Shown: positions 40,117 through 49,823, numbered from the stretch's first letter. The stretch: DNA of 64,000 nucleotides from an uncultured Verrucomicrobiae bacterium (GCA_963754325.1 CAVWFP010000002.1:970521-1034520); one strand, 5' to 3'. The notes: generated by a model from the sequence alone, not told the origin. Program-made: numbers and translations.

Positions 40117-41259
40117 TTAAAGATTCAGGATCCGCCTGAGGTTCAGCGTAGAGTCGAAAACCTCTTCCGCGCAGGCGCGCGATCGTTTCGACCAGTAACT
40201 CCAACGACCGAGGATCTCGCGCGTCGCCTCGGCCGCTTCGGCCACTCCACGGACAAAGAACATGCCGCTCCATTCCGGGAGATATTTCGCCGCTCCGTCG
40301 TCTTCGGTGATGGCTGGACGGCCCAGGGCCATGAACGCCGCCGCGCGGTCGCTGATCCACCCTGTCTTCCAGCTGACATCCACCCCCTTGATTGCGGTAA
40401 ATTCCCCCAAGGCCGACTTGAGATACTGCCGGTAGACCCTGGGACTTCTCGCCACCCGATGCGGGTCGACCAACCGCCAGCCATAACCCTTGAGGCGGTT
40501 CATTTCGACCTCGTCGGCCCCAATGTTCATCGCCAGCTCAAAAGCGGCCTCCGGCACCAGCGTCGGGAGAGTCAGGTAAGGCTCGAAGGCGTATCGCTTC
40601 GAGAGGTCCGGGAATTCGCCGTCCACTTCCACGGCCCCGTTCCAATACCATTGGCCAATAGTGGTGAATTTCGGGCCGGAAGGGCGCGGCTGCCTCTTCA
40701 GCAAAGCGCAATCTGCCAGGGGATAAAACGTCTGCCATTTCAGCGGCGACCCGGGCAGCCGGCAATCAGGCCCGTCGACATTCAAGCCGATCGTCCAGAA
40801 TTCATGATGAAATGACTGCCCCATCTCCATCTTCGTCATCCAGTAAAAGATTTCGCTCGGATCGAGATCGCAAAAAATCCTGCGCTCGAATTTAAGAAGC
40901 AGCGGAGGATGGAGGGAATAACTGAGATTGAGGAGAATATTTGGTCCGGCCAAACGCTCGAGGAGTTGCTTCTTGGAAATTCCGAAACACTCCATGCCCT
41001 CGAGGCTATGCTCGTCATTCTTGAGCTTCTGGAACAAGAGGCAGTAACGACCGGAGAGGCCATGCTCTCTCAAATGGCGCTGGAAAGATTGAATGTTCTG
41101 CCGATCCACCTTTTCACTGCCGGTGGAAGGCAACACCTCCAGCCAGATCGCGTCGAGCTTGAGTCGCCGCAGGCCGAGCATCCATTGCAGCGGCACCGAG
41201 AAATTCCCCCCACCTTCGCGATATTTGGCGGCGAAGCCGCAGCCGAGAAAGATGGTCAC
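40117..41259 (-). CDS. unassigned protein, paralogue of 30949..32121 (possible GT-B/CgeB-like)
   Basis: 380 aa. It shares collinear blocks with 30949..32121: ...GW(R)L..P......Y..Y(I/L)..S.GEFT..K......TGW.SDR.A...A.GRP.IT...... Confidence 0.4.
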   Translation of the reverse strand: MTIFLGCGFAAKYREGGGNFSVPLQWMLGLRRLKLDAIWLEVLPSTGSEKVDRQNIQSFQRHLREHGLSGRYCLLFQKLKNDEHSLEGMECFGISKKQLLERLAGPNILLNLSYSLHPPLLLKFERRIFCDLDPSEIFYWMTKMEMGQSFHHEFWTIGLNVDGPDCRLPGSPLKWQTFYPLADCALLKRQPRPSGPKFTTIGQWYWNGAVEVDGEFPDLSKRYAFEPYLTLPTLVPEAAFELAMNIGADEVEMNRLKGYGWRLVDPHRVARSPRVYRQYLKSALGEFTAIKGVDVSWKTGWISDRAAAFMALGRPAITEDDGAAKYLPEWSGMFFVRGVAEAAEATREILGRWSYWSKRSRACAEEVFDSTLNLRRILNL

Positions 41260-41446
41260 CGGACGGACTTCTATCGCCGTGTATCGTCAAGCTCAACTGC
41301 TTTACGTCTTGAATCCAGCGCCCTGACCTCCGCCAGATCACCCGACCGTGCGGCGTCGGGCTTATTCTCCGACAAGTTAGGGGCCGCTCGAAGGAGCCGA
41401 GCTCGTCGTTTGTGACTGTTGCGCGGGCTCCTGTCGGCCCACAATT

Positions 41447-42397
41447 CTAAATTTCCGCTGGATTGCCCGTTTCCGGCAGCGGACGGCCGCGGTTAGACCT
41501 CAGCGGCGGCAAGTCTGGATCAAGAAACCCGAGGGCATGCGGTGTTTTGATGACGCGAACACCGGCCGCTTTCTGTTCGTTGAGAATCTGATCGCGAAAG
41601 GCTTGCATGCGTGTCCAATGAACCTTGGGACGAAAATGATGCTCTGCGTGGTAGCCGTTGTAGAACCACGTCCAGTTGTAGAGCCTTTCGTAACTGCTGA
41701 CGCCCCAGGCAATCGGTTCGTCCGGATTGCCGCCGTAGTGCCGGTAGTAGCCGTTCAAATACGAGAGGCAATGACCAAAATACCAGAAGGCGAGCAGGAA
41801 ACAGATGTAATGCCAGTTCATGACTCCAAGAATCACGAACGTTCCAACAAATAGGACCAGTTCGGTCACGCCCCAGAAAGCTTCCCGCAAATTTTTCCGC
41901 TTCAATTCCTTGAAGACCGTTTTGGGATCTTCACGAAAGAAACTGAGGAAGGTGTATTTCAGCGGATGCTCCGCTTCGCCGTGGTCTCCATGCTTATAAA
42001 TCGAAATCCAATCGATCGTATCACCCTTCTCGTCGGGGCGATCGGCGTTCCCTTTGTGATGCTGCATGTGGATGCATTCGTAGAACACCTGGCTGAAGCC
42101 GACTGTGACCGATTCGAGAATGCTGAACAACCGGTTCAGGAGCGGGGATCGAAAATACGGATTATGAATAAAGTTGTGCGATATCCCGTTGATGTTCCAC
42201 GAGATACTCACGGAGTAGATGAAGCCAAGAATGAGCATCACCCACAGCGGCACCCGCGTGAAGAGGAAGAACATCCCAAAGAAGTAGGTGCAGTGCAGCA
42301 AAGCTGCCGCGACCGGGATGGCATCCCATCGGGTGTAGGCAAAAAGACGCGAATTCGTCTCAAGTCGTTCGGTGGCGACATCGCTGGGGAGTCTCAT
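41447..42397 (-). CDS. membrane fatty-acid-desaturase-family di-iron enzyme
   Basis: Three His boxes: HNFIH, HMQHH and HAEHH. ATG at 42397 (MRLPSDV...) is preferred because the longer ORF to 42550 would run into the tRNA gene. Confidence 0.75.
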   Translation of the reverse strand: MRLPSDVATERLETNSRLFAYTRWDAIPVAAALLHCTYFFGMFFLFTRVPLWVMLILGFIYSVSISWNINGISHNFIHNPYFRSPLLNRLFSILESVTVGFSQVFYECIHMQHHKGNADRPDEKGDTIDWISIYKHGDHGEAEHPLKYTFLSFFREDPKTVFKELKRKNLREAFWGVTELVLFVGTFVILGVMNWHYICFLLAFWYFGHCLSYLNGYYRHYGGNPDEPIAWGVSSYERLYNWTWFYNGYHAEHHFRPKVHWTRMQAFRDQILNEQKAAGVRVIKTPHALGFLDPDLPPLRSNRGRPLPETGNPAEI

Positions 42398-42535
42398 CGG
42401 CCCCAATTTTAGACGATTATTTATCCTTCGCAACGCTCTCCGGCCGCACGGCGAGAGGACCTGCGCGCAAGCTGTTTGACGATCCCCCCATCTAAAGCTA
42501 ATTAGGGCTCCCGCACTTTTCGAAGTGCGGTCAAA

Positions 42536-42609
42536 GCGCCCGTAGCTCAACTGGATAGAGCATCTGACTACGGATCAGAAGGTTTGAAGTTCGAATCTTC
42601 ACGGGCGCG
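42536..42609 (+). tRNA. tRNA-Arg (anticodon ACG)
   Basis: Hand-folded cloverleaf. Acceptor GCGCCCG/CGGGCGC, D arm GCTC-AACTGGATA-GAGC, anticodon arm TCTGA-CTACGGA-TCAGA, variable loop AGGTT, T arm TGAAG-TTCGAAT-CTTCA, discriminator G. CCA is not encoded. Confidence 0.9.
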
Positions 42610-42782
42610 CATCTTCGCAAAGCAGCTGGCACTGCCGCGGTCTCTCACCTCTCTGCGGTCTTTGCGACTTCTGGGGCGAAGAAGTTGCCCTTCAGTTCCC
42701 TGTCAGGCTGAATCTCTCATAAAAATCCGGTTGACCGTTCCGCGACGGCGCCGCAATGCGTTTTTAGAAAGGTTAAACGCGT

Positions 42783-42926
42783 ATGAACGAGAAGAAACCA
42801 GAACCAGAGGATCATAAGAATCGAAAAAAGGAACTGGGCGACCTTCCGCCCGACAAGGACGCGAGGGGCGGAAGCAAACCACCCAGCGGAAAGCCATTCA
42901 ATCCTCAACCAGACCCTCCGGGCTAG
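42783..42926 (+). CDS. candidate 47-aa peptide (Lys-rich N-terminus, GG, Pro-rich tail)
   Basis: Hand-translated, below the track cut-off: MNEKKPEPEDHKNRKKELGDLPPDKDARGGSKPPSGKPFNPQPDPPG. It is a paralogue of the next ORF. Confidence 0.45.
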   Translation: MNEKKPEPEDHKNRKKELGDLPPDKDARGGSKPPSGKPFNPQPDPPG

Positions 42927-42930
42927 TCTG

Positions 42931-43059
42931 ATGAACTCAAAAGCCAAGTCGGACAAACCGGCGAAGGACAGGGTGCGGGATCTGCCGCCGACAAAAGATG
43001 CGAAAGGCGGCTCCAAACCGCCAAATCCGCCGCCGCCCTTCCCACCGGGGCCTTCTTAG
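42931..43059 (+). CDS. candidate 42-aa peptide (Lys-rich N-terminus, GG, Pro-rich tail)
   Basis: Hand-translated: MNSKAKSDKPAKDRVRDLPPTKDAKGGSKPPNPPPPFPPGPS. It shares the DLPPxKDAxGGSKPP block with the preceding ORF and starts 4 nt after that ORF's stop. Confidence 0.45.
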   Translation: MNSKAKSDKPAKDRVRDLPPTKDAKGGSKPPNPPPPFPPGPS

Positions 43060-43090
43060 CCCGGACCTCTAGAACTCAGTTTAAAAGCGG

Positions 43091-43125
43091 GCGTTGTCTC
43101 ACGGTTGAGACCGCGCTTTCATTTT
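43091..43125. terminator. hairpin with T-rich tail (possibly a bidirectional terminator)
   Basis: GCGTT-GTCTCA-cggt-TGAGAC-CGCGC followed by TTTCATTTT, and preceded by AAAA. It lies between the peptide ORFs (+) and the end of the convergent gene at 43119. Confidence 0.5.
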
Positions 43126-43538
43126 GCCTGCGGCGGTTCCTTCTTCTCCCAGCCGTTGATCTGTTTGGCGTATTGATCGATCCATTTTATCACGTTGCTG
43201 ATTTCGTCCTCCGAAATCATGCACCCTTGGATGCGCTTCACCCGCGAATGATTTGAACGATAAGGTTCCGCCAAGCGGTCATAGTCCGACGCTCCCAACT
43301 GTCGAAGCCCATAAAGGGCATAGAGGCGCCCGGCTTGCGTTCCCTCACTCAAAATTTTGCGCAGTTGTTCCTCCGCTTTCGGACCATCCCGGACTTCGCG
43401 CAATGCCAGTTCCGACGCCGAAAGGGTTCCTGCGACGCCGATGCCGCCAATGGCGAATTCCTGCGCATTCTTAACCGCATCGTAAGCGCCGGCGGAGGCG
43501 GGGACAATGTCAACGACGAGGATCGCAAGAATCAACAT
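43119..43538 (-). CDS. hypothetical exported helical protein
   Basis: The protein-like part of ORF 43119..43790 starts at ATG 43538 (MLILAILVVDIVPASAGA signal-like). No family recognised. Confidence 0.45.
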   Translation of the reverse strand: MLILAILVVDIVPASAGAYDAVKNAQEFAIGGIGVAGTLSASELALREVRDGPKAEEQLRKILSEGTQAGRLYALYGLRQLGASDYDRLAEPYRSNHSRVKRIQGCMISEDEISNVIKWIDQYAKQINGWEKKEPPQAK

Positions 43539-43573
43539 CGTCCGAATCGAACGCGGAATTTTGAATGATGAAG

Positions 43574-44062
43574 TTACGTTGATGCGTTTCGAATGAATCC
43601 GACGTTCGCCGGCGACAGGGCTCGATCGAGAAACCATGAAGCGATTCCGAGACAAGTGAAGACCGCAACCGAGATCACGGAGATGTAGGCGCCGTAAAGC
43701 CAGGTGGCCCCGAAGCCGTGAAATGACAAGACGTCGAGCCAGTAGATTGTTCCGGTGCAAAGGCACAACTCCAGGATTCGAAAGACCCATTTGGTTCGTG
43801 GATGAAGATTTCGCCTAACGGCCAATGCAAATGCCAGCGGCCATCCAAAGGCGATAACCGTAAAGAGACCGGAGAGATCCAGGGCTATGGAGCGGTATCC
43901 ATATTGGTAACTGAACTGTGCGTTGGATTGGGGATGAATCCGCTGGACCACGGACTTTGGCGCCGCCTGAGGATGCTTTTCGTCCTGAGAGCATTCGCTC
44001 AGGGGCAAAAAGACGGCGCACACCAGAAGAATCGCGGCCGCCAGTCGCAGTTTGCGGATCAT
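43574..44062 (-). CDS. hypothetical integral membrane protein
   Basis: 162 aa with about four hydrophobic helices. No family recognised. Confidence 0.5.
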   Translation of the reverse strand: MIRKLRLAAAILLVCAVFLPLSECSQDEKHPQAAPKSVVQRIHPQSNAQFSYQYGYRSIALDLSGLFTVIAFGWPLAFALAVRRNLHPRTKWVFRILELCLCTGTIYWLDVLSFHGFGATWLYGAYISVISVAVFTCLGIASWFLDRALSPANVGFIRNAST

Positions 44063-44248
44063 TGGAATTTCAGGCTAACGGCGCCGTCGGGCGCGGATCG
44101 AGACTTAAAGTTGGATAACAAACCTTGCCCGCCATGGAGTTGATACGTCATAAAGGCTTGCCTTCTTTCACAAGGTTTTAGGTCGCGGCCTTACAGGCAA
44201 ACGTGACGCTGCAGCGCGGATGATGGCGCCGAAATTTTCAAAGAAGTG

Positions 44249-45163
44249 TCACTCTACCATTTCGAATTGACTCATAAGCTTAAACATCTCGTAACGCTCA
44301 TTCACTTCATCCATCGTCAGCTTGCGCAGTCGCTCCAGGCTGAACGCTTCGACCGTAAAGCTGGCGAGGACGCTGCCGTAAATCATCGCCTTTCGCAGAT
44401 CGGCGAAATGAACCGTGCCGGCATTCGCAGCCAAATATCCAGCGATGGCCCCGGCGAAGGTATCTCCGGCCCCCGTGGGATCATGGATGTCTTCCAGTGG
44501 ATAGGCGCCGCAGCTGAAAAACTCGTTCTCGCCAAAAAGCAGCGCGCCATGTTCGCCCTTCTTGATGGCAACATACCGGGCGCCCATCGAGCGAATGGCG
44601 CGGCCGGCTTTGATAAGACTCGTTTCCTTGGTCATCTGACGAGCTTCGCTATCGTTCAGAATCAGGAGGTCTACGCGGGGAATCAATTTGTCCAAATCAT
44701 GCCGGGCCGTCTCGATCCAAAGGTCCATCGTGTCGGCCACGATGAATCGTGGCTCTTCCATTTGATCGAGAACGTGACCCTGCAAAGCGGGCGCAATATT
44801 GGCCAACAAAACGAAATCGCTCGACCGATAAGATGCGGGCAGATCAGGCTTAAACGTTTCGAAAACATTCAGCGCGACTGAGCGGGTTTCGCGGGTGTTC
44901 AGGTCCCACGCGTATTCGCCCGACCAGCGGAACGTCTTCCCATCGGCGCGTTGCACGCCTTCGGTGTCGATTCGGCGGCTTTTCCAGAACTGGAATTCGC
45001 CCGACGGAAAATCCGAGCCGACGATCCCCACCAGTCGAACCGGCGAAAAGAAGCTCGCGCTCAAAGCGGCGTAAGAGGCCGAGCCGCCTAACAGATCGGC
45101 GTGTTCTTCGACGGGAGTTTTAACGGTATCAAGTGCGATCGAGCCGACAACAAGGACAGACAT
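44249..45163 (-). CDS. PfkB-family carbohydrate/nucleoside kinase
   Basis: DPTGAGDTFAGA motif and VVGSIALD N-terminus. ATG at 45163 (MSVLVVG) is preferred because the upstream ATG at 45184 lies inside the tandem-repeat sequence. Confidence 0.8.
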   Translation of the reverse strand: MSVLVVGSIALDTVKTPVEEHADLLGGSASYAALSASFFSPVRLVGIVGSDFPSGEFQFWKSRRIDTEGVQRADGKTFRWSGEYAWDLNTRETRSVALNVFETFKPDLPASYRSSDFVLLANIAPALQGHVLDQMEEPRFIVADTMDLWIETARHDLDKLIPRVDLLILNDSEARQMTKETSLIKAGRAIRSMGARYVAIKKGEHGALLFGENEFFSCGAYPLEDIHDPTGAGDTFAGAIAGYLAANAGTVHFADLRKAMIYGSVLASFTVEAFSLERLRKLTMDEVNERYEMFKLMSQFEMVE

Positions 45164-45456
45164 AATTTTAGCAACGTTCAGCATTTGTCCCGCCGCGACT
45201 TAGCGCGGCGGGAGGGTGAGTGATGGCGACAGAGTTTAATCCTAACAACGTTCAGCATTTGTCCCGCCGCGACTTAGCGCGGCGGGAGGGTGAGTGATGG
45301 CGACAGAGTTTAATCCTAACAACGTTCAGCATTTGTCCCGCCGCGACTTAGCGCGGCGGGAGGGTGAGTGATGGCGACAGAGTTTAATCCTAACAACGTT
45401 CAGCATTTGTCCCGCTGCGGCTTAGCGCGGCGGGAGGTGAGTGATGGCGACAGATC
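45153..45456. repeat. tandem repeat, 74-bp unit, three identical copies plus one diverged copy
   Basis: Units start at 45173, 45247, 45321 and 45395 (AACGTTCAGCATTTGTCCCGCCGCGACTTAGCGCGGCGGGAGGGTGAGTGATGGCGACAGAGTTTAATCCTAAC). Each holds a 10-bp GC-rich stem, TCCCGCCGCG-acttag-CGCGGCGGGA. Homology extends left into the kinase start region. Confidence 0.9.
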
Positions 45457-45473
45457 CATTAAAATATATGATT

Positions 45474-46106
45474 TCAGATTGAGGCAGATAGCAGAGTTTT
45501 TACAGCTCGCGTGTACTTCGCGATCTCGGGCGCAAGCAGTAAACCGGAAACAATAACCACTCGCTTGGCGCCAGCGGCAATCACTTGCGCCAGATTTTCC
45601 AAATTAATTCCGCCAATGCAAAAGATAGGAATCTTCACCAATCGATGCGCCTCGGCGATATCCGCAAGGCCGATTGGCTTGTAATCGGGCTTGGTCGGGG
45701 TGGCGAAGAGTGGGCCGAAACCGATATAATCGGCGCCTTCATCGACAGCCGCGCGGGCTTGTTCGACGCTGTGGGTCGATTTTCCAACCAATAATCCTCC
45801 CCCGCCCTGTTCGCGCGCCTCCTTAACGGAAAGATCTTCCTGTCCGACGTGCACTCCGTCGGCTCCCACAGCTCGGGCAATTTGCGGATAATCGTTAATG
45901 ATCAGCGGCACGGAATGCTTTGAGGTCACAGGTCGAAGATTCATTGCGACAGCTTCGATTTCCGACGCGCTCTTTGTTTTACCTCGCACCTGCAGGAGGT
46001 CTACACCGCCTTCGATCATTTCCTCGGCAACGCGCACGGCCTCCGCCGATGAGACGTAATTGAGATCGAGAATGCCGTAGAGACGGCCGTCGGACACCGA
46101 TCCCAA
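45474..46106 (-). CDS. thiE: thiamine-phosphate synthase
   Basis: 210 aa. LQVRGK, INDYPQIA, GVHVGQEDL and GFGPLFATPTK motifs. Confidence 0.85.
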   Translation of the reverse strand: MGSVSDGRLYGILDLNYVSSAEAVRVAEEMIEGGVDLLQVRGKTKSASEIEAVAMNLRPVTSKHSVPLIINDYPQIARAVGADGVHVGQEDLSVKEAREQGGGGLLVGKSTHSVEQARAAVDEGADYIGFGPLFATPTKPDYKPIGLADIAEAHRLVKIPIFCIGGINLENLAQVIAAGAKRVVIVSGLLLAPEIAKYTRAVKTLLSASI

Positions 46107-46108
46107 AG

Positions 46109-47500
46109 CTACTGGAGCAAACCCCGCGGCGGTGAGCTCAGCTCGAATTTTCCGGAATCCATCAAGCGTTGAATGAATCCGGTGTCGTAATTGCCGGCAC
46201 GAAACTCGGAGTTCCGCATCATGGCAGCGTGGAATGGTACCGTGGTTTTGATTCCGGTAATATAGTACTCGTCGAGAGCGCGACGCATGCGGTCGATCGC
46301 CGATGTCCGTGTGGCACCGATGGTGATGATCTTGCCGATCATGGAATCGTAATAAGGCGGAACGGTGTAGCCGGTATAAACGTGCGAATCGATGCGCACT
46401 CCGCGCCCGCCCGGGGCGTAATAGAAAGCGATTCTGCCTGGTGAGGGCTGGAAATTATTGGCCGGGTCTTCGGCGTTGATGCGGCATTGAATGGCGTGCA
46501 GACGGGGCTCGGCCCGTTGAACGTGCGGTGACAGGGGCTGGCCTGCGGCGATTCTGATCTGCTCCTTCACCAGGTCGCACCCGTAAACCTCTTCGGTCAC
46601 GGTGTGCTCCACCTGGATGCGCGTGTTCATCTCGATGAAGTAGAAATTCCGATCTTGATCGACCAAAAACTCCATCGTACCCGCGTTTTCGTAACCGACT
46701 AATTTCGCCAGCTTCACAGCGGCCGCGCCCATTTTTTTGCGCAGCGCCGGCGTCAGAAACGGGGACGGACATTCCTCGATGACTTTTTGGTTGCGGCGCT
46801 GAATCGAGCAATCGCGCTCGCCCATTTGAATGGTGTGTCCATGCTGATCGGCGATGATCTGGAACTCGATATGGTGAGGGTTCACAATCAGCTTCTCGAT
46901 GTAGACCTCAGCATTCCCGAACGCTTTCTCAGCTTCCATGCGCGCGCCGTGGAAACCGGTGAGCAGACTGGGTTCGTTATGCGCCGTGCGCATGCCGCGA
47001 CCGCCTCCACCTGAAACAGCTTTGATCATCAGCGGGTAGCCGACCTTCTTGGCAACTTTGATGGCGTCTTTTTCGGTCTCGACGATGCCGTCGCTTCCGG
47101 GCGTGACTGGAACACCGGCTTTGCGCGCCCAGGAACGCGCCGAATTCTTATCGCCCATCGCACGCATCGCGCTGACAGGCGGCCCGATGAACTTGATCTT
47201 GCAGCTTTCGCAAACCTCTGCGAAATGCGCGTTCTCGGAAAGGAAACCGTAGCCCGGATGGATCGCGTCGACATCGCCGACTTCAGCGGCGCTCAGGATA
47301 CGATCGATCCGTAGATAACTTTCTGAACTCGGCGCCGAACCGATGCAGATCGATTCGTCCGCCAGCTGCACATGCAAGGAATCGACATCGGCTTCGGAAT
47401 AAACCGCGAGCGTGCGAATCCCAAGCTCTTTGCAGGCACGAATGACGCGCAGAGCGATTTCGCCGCGATTTGCGATCAGGACTTTTTCGAACACGCGCAA
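46109..47500 (-). CDS. accC: acetyl-CoA carboxylase biotin carboxylase subunit
   Basis: [21 protein letters not shown]-grasp core, [10 protein letters not shown]. An alternative GTG start is at 47494. Confidence 0.95.
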   Translation of the reverse strand: MRVFEKVLIANRGEIALRVIRACKELGIRTLAVYSEADVDSLHVQLADESICIGSAPSSESYLRIDRILSAAEVGDVDAIHPGYGFLSENAHFAEVCESCKIKFIGPPVSAMRAMGDKNSARSWARKAGVPVTPGSDGIVETEKDAIKVAKKVGYPLMIKAVSGGGGRGMRTAHNEPSLLTGFHGARMEAEKAFGNAEVYIEKLIVNPHHIEFQIIADQHGHTIQMGERDCSIQRRNQKVIEECPSPFLTPALRKKMGAAAVKLAKLVGYENAGTMEFLVDQDRNFYFIEMNTRIQVEHTVTEEVYGCDLVKEQIRIAAGQPLSPHVQRAEPRLHAIQCRINAEDPANNFQPSPGRIAFYYAPGGRGVRIDSHVYTGYTVPPYYDSMIGKIITIGATRTSAIDRMRRALDEYYITGIKTTVPFHAAMMRNSEFRAGNYDTGFIQRLMDSGKFELSSPPRGLLQ

Positions 47501-47583
47501 AGACTTACAGAGTCACGCCGTCGCGCGACCAAATTTCACTGACCTCCACGAGACCAACGGCGATTCTCAAGGCGCCCCTGGAC

Positions 47584-48045
47584 TCAACGAACACGGAATA
47601 GGACCTGCCCGAATTGGACCGGCTTTCCGTTTTCCGCGATAACCTCGGCAATCACGCCGCTTGTTTCGGCTTTGATCTCATTCATCACCTTCATCGCCTC
47701 AATAATACAAACGACGGTGTCTTCGTTAACAGTCTTGCCGACCTCGACAAATGACGATGATTCAGGAGAAGCGGCGCGATAAAAGGTTCCGACCATCGGC
47801 GAAACAATATCTTTCAGGGCCGGTCCGTCGGGCTTTGCCGGCGGCGTTGCAGGGGCTGCCGCTCCCGTCCCGGCGGGCGCAGCGGCGGTGACGGCTGGGA
47901 TTGCAATCGGCGTAGCCAGGACCGGTTGGTTTGTCGTGCCCTCTTTTTGGAGCTTCAACTTGAAGCCGTCCTTCTCCATTTCGAAGACCGAGAGCTCGTT
48001 CTCCTTCATCAAGTCGATGATCGCTTTGATGTCTTTCAGTTCCAC
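47584..48045 (-). CDS. accB: biotin carboxyl carrier protein
   Basis: 153 aa. Ala/Pro-rich linker and the biotinyl-lysine motif EAMKVMNEI. Confidence 0.9.
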   Translation of the reverse strand: MELKDIKAIIDLMKENELSVFEMEKDGFKLKLQKEGTTNQPVLATPIAIPAVTAAAPAGTGAAAPATPPAKPDGPALKDIVSPMVGTFYRAASPESSSFVEVGKTVNEDTVVCIIEAMKVMNEIKAETSGVIAEVIAENGKPVQFGQVLFRVR

Positions 48046-48342
48046 AGTTCGATCTCCGAGCTAGAGGCCGCTAGGTAAAGCGCTTTTAGGGGTTAGGTCA
48101 AGCCTGATGGCTAGCCCCCCCTTCCAGTTTCCATCTTGGCCAAGCCGCGCGGGCCTTCGCGGCGATAGGGTCACACTCTGCGGGATGTAGCTCCCTCCTC
48201 GGGGCGGGCGATCACGCGGCGCCTTTCCGCCGTAACAGGGCACGACATGAGAACGGGAATCCCCTAAAGACGTATCCTAGGTTCTTGCGATCCTATATTC
48301 TGATGCATGGCCAGAGACTTTCGGCCATCACATTTGATCAAG

Positions 48343-48819
48343 TCAGCGCAACGAGCCCTCAGACAAATTGACCCTTTCCAGCGCTTTTGCCCGATAATCG
48401 AAAATGGACGTCAGTTGCCGCTTGATGATGAAGCTGTTGATCAGACCACCCAACGGGCCAAGCGGTGGGATGTAATGAACAAGGTCCCGCACTTCGATCT
48501 GCCCGTCGCCCATGTCGCGGAAGAAATGTTCGTGATGCCAAAGGCTGTAGGGGCCATGCCGCTGTTCATCCGCAAAATAGTGTGGTTCTTGCATCTGAAC
48601 AATTTCCGTTAGCCACGACATTCGGATTCCGAAGACCGGTGTAACAGTGTAACGAATCATCAAGCCGGGATAAATCTTCGCCGGCAATTCGCTGCGGATC
48701 TGAAAATTGAGTGCCGACGGCGTGATTTTCGACAGATTGCGCGGGTCGGAAAAAAAGTTCCAGCAGTCGCTTAGCGACATTCGAACCTTTTGCGTTCGTC
48801 TTAGAGTATAGATCGGCAT
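48343..48819 (-). CDS. SRPBCC (START/cyclase-dehydrase-like) family protein
   Basis: 158 aa. The pattern ...FADEQRHGPYSLWHHEHFF... resembles SRPBCC-superfamily members as I recall them. Confidence 0.55.
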   Translation of the reverse strand: MPIYTLRRTQKVRMSLSDCWNFFSDPRNLSKITPSALNFQIRSELPAKIYPGLMIRYTVTPVFGIRMSWLTEIVQMQEPHYFADEQRHGPYSLWHHEHFFRDMGDGQIEVRDLVHYIPPLGPLGGLINSFIIKRQLTSIFDYRAKALERVNLSEGSLR

Positions 48820-48943
48820 AGTCGTTAGGGGGGAGATTTGGTGCTCGCGCTACCCAGGAAACTACAGAGGCGCTTGTGCCCAGCGCCTATTTACTTTAGA
48901 CAGGCGTTTGGCACAAACGCCTCTACCCCACCTTCGGTTCCGC

Positions 48944-49663
48944 ATGATCGACGAGACTGAGGACTACGTCGTGGTCGATAAGCCAGCCCTTTTGCTGACA
49001 CACCCGAAGAAGCCGGATGGAACGCCGACACTTTGGAAAGCCTTGCGAGAAGTTCTGGCGTTTGAAATCGCCAACGGCGGACAGGTCTCCATCGTTAATC
49101 GGCTCGATCGCGAAACGAGCGGCCTGATTCTTGTCGCCAAGACCCCGGCGGCGGCGCGCCGGTTCGGTCTGCTCATGCAACGGCAGGGATTTCTGAAGGA
49201 ATACCTCGCAATCGTGTGGGGTTGGCCACTTTGGGAAACGCACGTCGTCGATGCGCCTCTCGACCGACAGGGAAATCACGGGCCTTCCACGATTTGGCTG
49301 AAGCAGGCAATTTGCGATGCTGGCTCCCCTGCTCGCACGGAGTTTCAGGTGGTTCAGCGTTTCGAAAAGCGGACCACGAATGGCGACCGCTTCGCTGTGA
49401 TTCGCGCACGACCGCGCACCGGGCGGACGCACCAGATCCGGGTTCATCTCGCGTCGGCCGGATACCCAATTGTTGGGGACAAGATTTATGGGCCGGCCGA
49501 AGAGCTTTACCTGGAGTTTATCCGAACCGGCTGGACGGGAGCACTCGAAGAGAAGCTGCTCATGCCGCGGCATGCCTTGCATGCGGCGAAGCTTGAGGCG
49601 GATGCGGATTTGCATTGGGAGAGCGCACTGCCGCCGGACATGGCCGACTTCATCATTCGATAA
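48944..49663 (+). CDS. RluA-family pseudouridine synthase
   Basis: NRLDRETSGL (catalytic Asp) and RTHQIRVHLA motifs. ATG at 48944 within ORF 48908..49663. Confidence 0.85.
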   Translation: MIDETEDYVVVDKPALLLTHPKKPDGTPTLWKALREVLAFEIANGGQVSIVNRLDRETSGLILVAKTPAAARRFGLLMQRQGFLKEYLAIVWGWPLWETHVVDAPLDRQGNHGPSTIWLKQAICDAGSPARTEFQVVQRFEKRTTNGDRFAVIRARPRTGRTHQIRVHLASAGYPIVGDKIYGPAEELYLEFIRTGWTGALEEKLLMPRHALHAAKLEADADLHWESALPPDMADFIIR

Positions 49664-49823
49664 TAACTTATTGCAGCGGCTAAGCGGAGTCACCCGCCTG
49701 GAGCGAGTCAACACTTAGCGCAACTCTAGGGCGGCCATCCTGGCCGCCGACCCACCAAGAATATCGCCGCCCTACAGTCGCTCGCGTTGCAAATGGTCCC
49801 GCTCAACATATCGTGAGCGGCTC

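Noticed and set aside
45153-45456. The tandem repeat, considered as a CRISPR array.
   Set aside because: The units are contiguous (74 bp head-to-tail) with no unique spacers, and no cas genes are present in the window.
48046-48342. The 297-bp spacer upstream of accB, examined for a riboswitch or known ncRNA (SRP RNA, RNase P, tmRNA, 6S, TPP, cobalamin, SAM).
   Set aside because: I could not recognise any of the conserved cores of these families. There is only a short GC hairpin (GCCGCG..CGCGGC). Covariance-model scanning would be needed, so nothing is called.
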